DNA of 30,757 nt from UHGV virus genome UHGV-0360189. One strand, 5' to 3'. The stretch is from a virus. Both the position numbers and the translations under genes were made by a program. Shown in pieces: positions 7,231-18,208 of the stretch (the first letter of the stretch is position 1; every line of letters begins with the position of its first letter). The notes beneath the pieces are model-generated. The model made no database searches, was not told where the DNA came from, and was given only the letters and a program-made list of their open reading frames with translations.

Positions 7231-7464
7231 TCAATCTGGTCTAACCTGTTTTCTGAGCAATTCAGTAATGTCACTCTTTTCTTTGTTTGCTTCAGGCGAA
7301 ACTCTTTTTTCTGAGCACAGTCTCCGGCGGCAGGCTTCAATGACCCAGGCTGAGAAATTCCCGGACCCTTTTTGAACAAGAGCGATGTTAATTTGTTCAA
7401 TCATTTGGTTAGGAAAGCGGATGTTGCGGGTTGTTGTTCTGCGGGTTCTGTTCTTCGTTGACAT
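7231..7464 (-). CDS. Small ribbon-helix-helix-type DNA-binding protein, YnfO/YlcI-like
   Basis: ORF track 7231..7464 (-), 77 aa, MSTKNRTRRTTTRNIRFPNQMIEQINIALVQKGSGNFSAWVIEACRRRL... Basic N-terminus then a pattern compatible with an RHH (Arc/MetJ/CopG-like) fold; lies immediately left of cos and upstream, on the same strand, of the AT-rich gene. Confidence 0.6.
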   Translation of the reverse strand: MSTKNRTRRTTTRNIRFPNQMIEQINIALVQKGSGNFSAWVIEACRRRLCSEKRVSPEANKEKSDITELLRKQVRPD

Positions 7465-7663
7465 GAGGTTGCCCTGTATTCAGTGTCGATGATTTGTATT
7501 GTCTGAAGTTGTTTTTACGTTAAGTTGATGCAGATCAATTAATACGATACCCGCGTCATAATTGATTATTTGACGTGGTTTGATGGCGTAGATGCACGTT
7601 GTGACATGCAGATGATAATCATTATCATTTTGCGGGTCCTTTCCGGCGATCCGACAGGTTACG

Positions 7664-7675
7664 GGGCGGCGACCT
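7664..7675. other. cosN: 12-nt cohesive-end sequence GGGCGGCGACCT at the terminase nicking site
   Basis: Exact match to the lambda cohesive end; flanking sequence on both sides (..CCGACAGGTTACG | GGGCGGCGACCTCGCGGGTTTTCGCTATTTATGAAAATTTTCC..) matches the joined lambda right and left ends. Confidence 0.88.
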
Positions 7676-7852
7676 CGCGGGTTTTCGCTATTTATGAAAA
7701 TTTTCCGGTTTAAGGTGTTTCCGTTCTTCTTCGTCGTAACTTAATGTTTTTATTTAAAATACCCCCTGAAAAGAAAGGAAACGACAGGTGCTGAAAGCGA
7801 GCTTTTTGGCCTCTGTCGTTTCCTTTCTCTGTTTTTGTCCGTGGAATGAGCA
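7676..7852 (+). promoter_or_regulatory. cosB region (terminase small-subunit binding elements upstream of nu1)
   Basis: Inverted pair AGAAAGGAAACGACAG (7772-7787) and CTGTCGTTTCCTTTCT (7813-7828), resembling the lambda R3/R2 gpNu1-binding elements; A/T-rich segment between cosN and these elements consistent with an IHF site. Boundaries approximate. Confidence 0.6.
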
Positions 7853-8372
7853 ATGGAAGTCAACAAAAAGCAGCTGGCTGACATTTTCGGTGCGAGTATC
7901 CGTACCATTCAGAACTGGCAGGAACAGGGAATGCCCGTTCTGCGAGGCGGTGGCAAGGGTAATGAGGTGCTTTATGACTCTGCCGCCGTTATAAGATGGT
8001 ATGCCGAAAGGGATGCTGAAATTGAGAACGAAAAGCTGCGCCGGGAAGTTGAAGAACTGCGGCAGGCCAGCGAGACAGATCTCCAGCCAGGGACTATTGA
8101 GTACGAACGCCATCGACTTACGCGTGCGCAGGCCGACGCACAGGAGCTGAAAAATGCCAGAGACTCCGCTGAAGTGGTGGAAACCGCATTCTGTACTTTC
8201 GTGCTGTCGCGGATCGCAGGTGAAATTGCCAGTATTCTCGACGGGATCCCCCTGTCGGTGCAGCGGCGTTTTCCGGAACTGGAAAACCGACATGTTGATT
8301 TCCTGAAACGGGATATCATCAAAGCCATGAACAAAGCAGCCGCGCTGGATGAACTGATACCGGGGTTGCTGA

Positions 8373-8398
<26 letters not shown>
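7853..8398 (+). CDS. nu1: Terminase small subunit Nu1
   Basis: ORF track 7853..8398, 181 aa, MEVNKKQLADIFGASIRTIQNWQEQGMPV... matches lambda gpNu1 (winged-HTH N-terminus). Confidence 0.93.
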
Positions 8399-12079
<3,681 letters not shown>

Positions 12080-12099
<20 letters not shown>

Positions 12100-13399
12100 T
12101 CTCCCGCATATTGCCAGCATGGCCTTTAATGAGCCGCTGATGCTTGAACCCGCCTATGCGCGGGTTTTCTTTTGTGCGCTTGCAGGCCAGCTTGGGATCA
12201 GCCGCCTGACGGATGCGGTGTCCGGCGACAGCCTGACTGCCGGAGAGGCACCCGCGGCGCTGGCGTTATCCGTTGATGATGACGGACCACGACAGGCCCG
12301 CAGTTATCAGGTCATGAACGGCATCGCCGTGCTGCCGGTGTCCGGCACGCTGGTCAGCCGGACGCGGGCGCTGCAGCCGTATTCGGGGATGACCGGTTAC
12401 AACGGCATTATCGCCCGTCTGCAACAGGCTGCCAGCGATCCGATGGTGGACGGCATTCTGCTGGATATGGACACACCGGGCGGGATGGTGGCGGGAGCAT
12501 TTGACTGTGCTGACATCATCGCCCGTGTGCGAGACATAAAACCGGTATGGGCGCTGGCCAACGACATGAACTGCAGTGCAGGTCAGCTGCTTGCCAGCGC
12601 CGCCTCCCGGCGTCTGGTCACGCAGACCGCCCGGACAGGCTCCATCGGCGTCATGATGGCTCACAGTAATTACGGTGCTGCGCTGGAGAAACAGGGCGTG
12701 GAAATCACGCTGATTTACAGCGGCAGCCATAAGGTGGATGGCAACCCCTACAGCCATCTTCCGGATGACGTCCGGGAGACACTGCAGTCCCGGATGGATG
12801 CAACCCGCCGGATGTTTGCGCAGAAGGTGTCGGCATATACCGGCCTGTCCGTGCAGGCTGTGCTGGATACCGAGGCTGCAGTGTACAGCGGTCAGGAGGC
12901 CATTGATGCCGGACTGGCTGATGAACTTGTCAACAGCACCGATGCGATCACCGTTATGCGTGATGCACTGGATGCACGTAAATCCCGTCTCTCAGGAGGG
13001 CGAATGACCAAAGAGACTCAATCAACAACTGTTTCAGCCACTGCTTCGCAGGCTGACGTTACTGACGTGGTGCCAGCGACGGAGGGCGAAAACGCCAGCG
13101 CGGCGCAGCCGGACGTGAACGCGCAGATCACCGCTGCGGTTGCGGCAGAAAACAGCCGCATTATGGGGATCCTCAACTGTGAGGAGGCTCACGGACGCGA
13201 AGAACAGGCCCGCGTGCTGGCAGAAACCCCCGGTATGACCGTGGAAACGGCCCGCCGCATTCTGGCCGCAGCACCACAGAGTGCACAGGCGCGCAGTGAC
13301 ACTGCGCTGGATCGTCTGATGCAGGGGGCACCGGCACCGCTGGCTGCAGGTAACCCGGCATCTGATGCCGTTAACGATTTGCTGAACACACCAGTGTAA
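12080..13399 (+). CDS. C: Head maturation protease / scaffold C (ClpP/S49-like)
   Basis: Within ORF track 11945..13399; the lambda-like start is GTG 12080 (V/MTAELRNLPHIASMAFNEPLMLEPAYARVFF...), overlapping the 3' end of B by 20 nt; 439 codons. Confidence 0.88.
12794..13399 (+). CDS. nu3: Scaffolding protein Nu3, in-frame internal start within C
   Basis: ATG 12794 is in the C reading frame (MDATRRMFAQKVSAYTGLSVQ...) and shares the C stop; the position corresponds to lambda Nu3 as I recall it. Start not independently verifiable here. Confidence 0.55.
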   Translation: MDATRRMFAQKVSAYTGLSVQAVLDTEAAVYSGQEAIDAGLADELVNSTDAITVMRDALDARKSRLSGGRMTKETQSTTVSATASQADVTDVVPATEGENASAAQPDVNAQITAAVAAENSRIMGILNCEEAHGREEQARVLAETPGMTVETARRILAAAPQSAQARSDTALDRLMQGAPAPLAAGNPASDAVNDLLNTPV

Positions 13400-13408
13400 G
13401 GGATGTTT

Positions 13409-13741
13409 ATGACGAGCAAAGAAACCTTTACCCATTACCAGCCGCTGGGCAACAGTGACCCGGCTCATACCGCAACCGCGCCCGGCGGATTGAGTGCGAA
13501 AGCGCCTGCAATGACCCCGCTGATGCTGGACACCTCCACCCGTAAGCTGGTTGCGTGGGATGGCACCACCGACGGTGCTGCCGTTGGCATTCTTGCAGTT
13601 GCTGCTGACCAGACCAGCACCACACTGACGTTCTACAAGTCCGGCACGTTCCGTTATGAGGATGTGCTCTGGCCGGAGGCTGCCAGCGACGAGACGAAAA
13701 AACGGACCGCGTTTGCCGGAACGGCAATCAGCATCGTTTAA
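13409..13741 (+). CDS. D: Head decoration protein D
   Basis: Within ORF track 13403..13741; [41 protein letters not shown]... matches lambda gpD from ATG 13409. Confidence 0.92.
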   Translation: MTSKETFTHYQPLGNSDPAHTATAPGGLSAKAPAMTPLMLDTSTRKLVAWDGTTDGAAVGILAVAADQTSTTLTFYKSGTFRYEDVLWPEAASDETKKRTAFAGTAISIV

Positions 13742-13796
13742 CTTTACCCTTCATCACTAAAGGCCGCCTGTGCGGCTTTTTTTACGGGATTTTTTT

Positions 13797-14822
13797 ATGT
13801 CGATGTACACAACCGCCCAGCTGCTGGCGGCAAATGAGCAGAAATTTAAGTTTGATCCGCTGTTTCTGCGTCTCTTTTTCCGTGAGAGCTATCCCTTCAC
13901 TACGGAGAAAGTCTATCTCTCACAAATTCCGGGACTGGTAAACATGGCGCTGTACGTTTCGCCGATTGTTTCCGGTGAGGTTATCCGTTCCCGTGGCGGC
14001 TCCACCTCTGAATTTACGCCGGGATATGTCAAACCCAAGCATGAGGTGAATCCGCAGATGACCCTGCGTCGCCTGCCGGATGAAGATCCGCAGAATCTGG
14101 CGGACCCGGCTTACCGCCGCCGTCGCATCATCATGCAGAACATGCGTGACGAAGAGCTGGCCATTGCTCAGGTCGAAGAGATGCAGGCAGTTTCTGCCGT
14201 GCTCAAGGGCAAATACACCATGACCGGTGAAGCCTTCGATCCGGTTGAGGTGGATATGGGCCGCAGTGCGGCGAACAACATCACACAGTCCGGCGTCACG
14301 GAGTGGAGCAAGCGTGACAAGTCCACGTATGACCCGACCGACGATATCGAAGCCTACGCGCTGAACGCCAGCGGTGTGGTGAATATCATCGTGTTTGACC
14401 CGAAAGGCTGGGCGCTGTTCCGTTCCTTCAAAGCCGTCAGGGAGAAGCTGGATACCCGTCGCGGCTCTCATTCCGAGCTGGAGACAGCGGTAAAAGACCT
14501 GGGCAAAGCGGTGTCCTATAAGGGAATGTATGGCGATGTGGCCATCGTCGTGTATTCCGGACAGTACGTGGAGAACGGCGTCAAAAAGAACTTCCTGCCG
14601 GACAACACGATGGTGCTGGGGAACACTCAGGCTCGCGGTCTGCGCACCTATGGCTGCATTCAGGATGCGGACGCACAGCGCGAAGGCATTAACGCCTCTG
14701 CCCGTTACCCGAAAAACTGGGTGACCACCGGCGATCCGGCGCGTGAGTTCACCATGATTCAGTCAGCACCGCTGATGCTGCTGGCTGATCCTGATGCGTT
14801 CGTGTCCGTTCAACTGGCGTAA
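13797..14822 (+). CDS. E: Major capsid protein E
   Basis: Within ORF track 13770..14822; MSMYTTAQLLAANEQKFKFDPLFLRLFFRESYPFTTEKVYL... matches lambda gpE from ATG 13797. A hairpin plus T-run (13763-13783) lies between D and E. Confidence 0.94.
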   Translation: MSMYTTAQLLAANEQKFKFDPLFLRLFFRESYPFTTEKVYLSQIPGLVNMALYVSPIVSGEVIRSRGGSTSEFTPGYVKPKHEVNPQMTLRRLPDEDPQNLADPAYRRRRIIMQNMRDEELAIAQVEEMQAVSAVLKGKYTMTGEAFDPVEVDMGRSAANNITQSGVTEWSKRDKSTYDPTDDIEAYALNASGVVNIIVFDPKGWALFRSFKAVREKLDTRRGSHSELETAVKDLGKAVSYKGMYGDVAIVVYSGQYVENGVKKNFLPDNTMVLGNTQARGLRTYGCIQDADAQREGINASARYPKNWVTTGDPAREFTMIQSAPLMLLADPDAFVSVQLA

Positions 14823-14863
14823 TCATGGCCCTTCGGGGCCATTTTCTCTCTGTGGAGGAGTCC

Positions 14864-15259
14864 ATGACGAAAGATGAACTGATTGCCCGTCTTCAGGAGC
14901 TGGGTGAGCAACTGAACCGCGATGTCAGTTTGACGGGAACGAAAGAAGAACTGGTGCTCCGTGTGGCAGAGCTGGAAGAGGAGCTTGATGACACGGATAA
15001 CGCTGCCGGTCAGGACACATCTGTCAGCCCGGAAAATGCGCTGACCGGACATGAAAATGAGGTGGTATCAGCGCAGCCGGATACCGTGATTGATACGGCT
15101 GCTCTGGTCACGGTCGTGGCACTGGTGACGCTGCATACTGATGCACTTCACGCCACGCGGGATGAGCCTGTGGCATTTGTGCTGCCGGGAACGGCGTTTC
15201 GTGTCTCTGCCGGTGTGGCAGCCGAAATGACAGAACATGGCCTGGCCAGAATGCAATAA
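14864..15259 (+). CDS. FI: DNA packaging / head assembly protein FI
   Basis: Within ORF track 14825..15259; MTKDELIARLQELGEQLNRDVSLTGTKEEL... from ATG 14864 preceded by GGAGGAG. Confidence 0.9.
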   Translation: MTKDELIARLQELGEQLNRDVSLTGTKEELVLRVAELEEELDDTDNAAGQDTSVSPENALTGHENEVVSAQPDTVIDTAALVTVVALVTLHTDALHATRDEPVAFVLPGTAFRVSAGVAAEMTEHGLARMQ

Positions 15260-15270
15260 CGGGAGGCGCT

Positions 15271-15624
15271 GTGGCTGATTCCGATAACCTGTTCGATGCT
15301 GCCATTGCCCGCGCCGATGAAACGATACGCGGGTACATGGGAACGTCAGCCACCATGACATCCGGTGAGCTGTCCGGTGCTGTGATACGTGGTGTTTTTG
15401 ATGACCCTGAAAATATCAGCTATGCCGGACAGGGGGTGCGCGTTGAAGGCTCCAGCCCGTCCCTGTTTGTCCGGACTGATGATGTGCGGCAGCTGCGGCG
15501 TGGAGACACACTGACCATCGGCGAGGAAAACTTCTGGGTGGACCGGATTTCGCCGGATGATGGCGGAAGCTGTCATCTCTGGCTTGGGCGTGGCGTGCCG
15601 CCTGCCGTTAACCGTCGCCGCTGA
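15271..15624 (+). CDS. FII: Head-tail joining protein FII
   Basis: ORF track 15271..15624, 117 aa, MADSDNLFDAAIARADETIRGYMGTSATMTSGE... matches lambda gpFII. Confidence 0.92.
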   Translation: MADSDNLFDAAIARADETIRGYMGTSATMTSGELSGAVIRGVFDDPENISYAGQGVRVEGSSPSLFVRTDDVRQLRRGDTLTIGEENFWVDRISPDDGGSCHLWLGRGVPPAVNRRR

Positions 15625-15635
15625 AAGGGGGATGT

Positions 15636-16214
15636 ATGGCCATAAAAGGTCTTGAGCAGGCCGTTGAAAACCTCAGCCGTATCAGCAAAACGGCGGTGCC
15701 TGGTGCCGCCGCAATGGCCATTAACCGCGTTGCGTCATCCGCGATATCGCAGTCTGCGTCACAGGTTGCCCGTGAGACAAAGGTACGCCGGAAACTGGTA
15801 AAGGAAAGGGCCAGGCTGAAAAGGGCCACGGTCAAAAATCCGCAGGCCAGAATCAGGGTTAACCGGGGGGATTTGCCCGTAATCAAGCTGGGTAACGCGC
15901 GGGTTGTCCTTTCCCGCCGCAGACGTCGTAAAAAGGGGCAGCGTTCATCCCTGAAAGGTGGCGGCAGCGTGCTTGTGGTGGGAAACCGTCGTATTCCCGG
16001 CGCGTTTATTCAGCAACTGAAAAATGGCCGGTGGCATGTCATGCAGCGTGTGGCCGGGAAAAACCGTTACCCCATTGATGTGGTGAAAATCCCGATGGCG
16101 GTGCCGCTGACCACGGCGTTTAAACAGAATATTGAACGGATACGGCGTGAACGTCTTCCGAAAGAGCTGGGCTATGCGCTGCAGCATCAACTGAGGATGG
16201 TAATAAAGCGATGA
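15636..16214 (+). CDS. Z: Tail completion protein Z
   Basis: ORF track 15636..16214, 192 aa, MAIKGLEQAVENLSRISKTAVPGAAAMAINRV... matches lambda gpZ. Confidence 0.92.
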   Translation: MAIKGLEQAVENLSRISKTAVPGAAAMAINRVASSAISQSASQVARETKVRRKLVKERARLKRATVKNPQARIRVNRGDLPVIKLGNARVVLSRRRRRKKGQRSSLKGGGSVLVVGNRRIPGAFIQQLKNGRWHVMQRVAGKNRYPIDVVKIPMAVPLTTAFKQNIERIRRERLPKELGYALQHQLRMVIKR

Positions 16215-16606
16215 AACATACTGAACTCCGTGCAGCCGTACTGGATGCACTGGAGAAGCATGACACCGGGGCGACGCTTTTTGATGGTCGCCCCGCTGTT
16301 TTTGATGAGGAAGATTTTCCGGCAATTGCCGTTTATCTCACCGGCGCTGAATACACGGGCGAAGAGCTGGACAGCGATACCTGGCAGGCGGAGCTGCATA
16401 TTGAAGTTTTCCTGCCTGCTCAGGTGCCGGATTCAGAGCTGGATTCGTGGATGGAGTCCCGGATTTATCCGGTGATGAGCGATATCCCGGCACTGTCAGA
16501 TTTGATCACCAGTATGGTGGCCAGCGGCTATGACTACCGGCGCGACGATGATGCGGGCCTGTGGAGTTCAGCCGATCTGACTTATGTCATTACCTATGAA
16601 ATGTGA
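16211..16606 (+). CDS. U: Tail terminator protein U
   Basis: ORF track 16211..16606, 131 aa, [33 protein letters not shown]... matches lambda gpU; ATGA overlap with Z. Confidence 0.92.
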   Translation: MKHTELRAAVLDALEKHDTGATLFDGRPAVFDEEDFPAIAVYLTGAEYTGEELDSDTWQAELHIEVFLPAQVPDSELDSWMESRIYPVMSDIPALSDLITSMVASGYDYRRDDDAGLWSSADLTYVITYEM

Positions 16607-16613
16607 GGACGAT

Positions 16614-17354
16614 ATGCCTGTACCAAATCCAGTAATGCCGGTGAAAGGGGCCGGGACCACACTGTGGGTTTATAAGGGGAACGGTGACCCTTATGCGAAC
16701 CCGCTTTCAGACGTTGACTGGTCGCGTCTGGCTAAAGTTAAAGACCTGACGCCCGGCGAACTGACCGCTGAGTCCTATGACGACAGCTATCTCGATGATG
16801 AAGATGCGGACTGGACTGCGACCGGGCAGGGGCAGAAATCTGCCGGAGATACCAGCTTCACGCTGGCGTGGATGCCCGGAGAGCAGGGGCAGCAGGCGCT
16901 GCTGGCGTGGTTTAATGAAGGGGATACCCGTGCCTATAAAATCCGCTTCCCGAACGGCACGGTCGATGTGTTCCGCGGCTGGGTCAGCAGTATCGGTAAG
17001 GCGGTGACGGCGAAGGAAGTGATCACCCGCACGGTGAAAGTCACCAACGTGAGACGTCCGTCGATGGCAGAAGATCGCAGCACGGTAACAGCGGCAACCG
17101 GCATGACCGTGACGCCTGCCAGCACTTCGGTGGTGAAAGGGCAGAGCACCACGCTGACCGTGGCATTCCAGCCGGAAGGCGCAACCGACAAGAGCTTCCG
17201 TGCGGTGTCTGCGGATAAAACAAAAGCCACCGTGTCGGTCAGTGGTATGACCATCACCGTGAAAGGTGTTGCTGCAGGCAAGGTCAACATTCCGGTTGTA
17301 TCCGGTAATGGTGAACTTGCTGTGGTTGCAGAAATCACCGTCACCGACAGTTAA
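16614..17354 (+). CDS. V: Major tail tube protein V
   Basis: Within ORF track 16584..17354; [33 protein letters not shown]... from ATG 16614; C-terminal Ig-like domain ([25 protein letters not shown]). Confidence 0.93.
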   Translation: MPVPNPVMPVKGAGTTLWVYKGNGDPYANPLSDVDWSRLAKVKDLTPGELTAESYDDSYLDDEDADWTATGQGQKSAGDTSFTLAWMPGEQGQQALLAWFNEGDTRAYKIRFPNGTVDVFRGWVSSIGKAVTAKEVITRTVKVTNVRRPSMAEDRSTVTAATGMTVTPASTSVVKGQSTTLTVAFQPEGATDKSFRAVSADKTKATVSVSGMTITVKGVAAGKVNIPVVSGNGELAVVAEITVTDS

Positions 17355-17369
17355 TCCGGAGAGTCAGCG

Positions 17370-17792
17370 ATGTTCCTGAAAACCGAATCATTTGAATATA
17401 ACGGTGTGACCGTCACGCTTTCTGAACTGTCAGCCCTGCAGCGAATTGAGCATCTCGCCCTGCTGAAACGACAGGCAGAACAGGCGGGATCCAGTCTCAA
17501 TCGACAGGTGAGCGTGGAAGATCTCGTCAGAACCGGTGCTTTTCTGGTGGCGATGTCCCTGTGGCATAGCCATCCGCAGAAGACAAAGATGCCGTCCATG
17601 AATGAAGCCGTTAAACAAATTGAGCAGGAAGTGCTTACCACCTGGCCCACAGAGGCAATTGCTCAGGCTGAAAATGTGGTAATGCGTCTGTCCGGTATGT
17701 CTGAGTTTGTTGTGAATGATGCACCTGAACAGGCAGATGACGCCGGGCCAGCAGAGCCTGTTTCTGCGGGAAAGTGTTCGACGGTGAGCTGA
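17370..17792 (+). CDS. G: Tail assembly chaperone G
   Basis: ORF track 17370..17792, 140 aa, MFLKTESFEYNGVTVTLSELSALQRIEHLALLKRQAEQ... matches lambda gpG; contains the slippery heptamer GGGAAAG near its 3' end. Confidence 0.92.
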   Translation: MFLKTESFEYNGVTVTLSELSALQRIEHLALLKRQAEQAGSSLNRQVSVEDLVRTGAFLVAMSLWHSHPQKTKMPSMNEAVKQIEQEVLTTWPTEAIAQAENVVMRLSGMSEFVVNDAPEQADDAGPAEPVSAGKCSTVS

Positions 17793-18208
17793 GTTTTGCC
17801 CTGAAACTGGCGCGTGAGATGGGGCGACCCGACTGGCGCGCCATGCTTGCCGGGATGTCATCCACGGAGTATGCCGACTGGCACCGCTTTTACAGTACCC
17901 ATTATTTTCATGATGTTCTGCTGGATATGCACTTTTCCGGGCTGACGTACACCGTACTCAGCCTGTTTTTCAGCGATCCGGATATGCATCCGCTGGATTT
18001 CAGTCTGCTGAACCGGCGCGAGGCTGACGAAGAGCCTGAAGATGATGTGCTGATGCAGAAAGCGGCAGGGCTTGCCGGAGGCGTCCGCTTTGGCCCGGAC
18101 GGGAATGAAGTTATCCCCGCTTCCCCGGATGTGGCGGACATGACGGAGGATGACGTAATGCTGATGACAGTATCAGAAGGGATCGCAGGAGGAGTCCGGT
18201 ATGGCTGA
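17774..18208 (+). CDS. T: T segment of tail assembly chaperone, expressed as a G-T fusion by programmed -1 ribosomal frameshift
   Basis: ORF track 17774..18208 in the -1 frame relative to G; ..FDGELSFALKLAREMGRPDWRAMLAGMSSTEYADWHRFY... matches lambda gpT; no independent SD or ATG; slippery site G GGA AAG at 17768-17774. Confidence 0.88.
   Translation: MFDGELSFALKLAREMGRPDWRAMLAGMSSTEYADWHRFYSTHYFHDVLLDMHFSGLTYTVLSLFFSDPDMHPLDFSLLNRREADEEPEDDVLMQKAAGLAGGVRFGPDGNEVIPASPDVADMTEDDVMLMTVSEGIAGGVRYG

Noticed and set aside
7465-7660. Minus-strand promoter for the RHH gene, and cosQ, in the interval left of cosN
   Set aside because: A promoter and cosQ are both expected here, but I could not pin either to specific hexamers or boundaries with confidence, so they are not listed as features.
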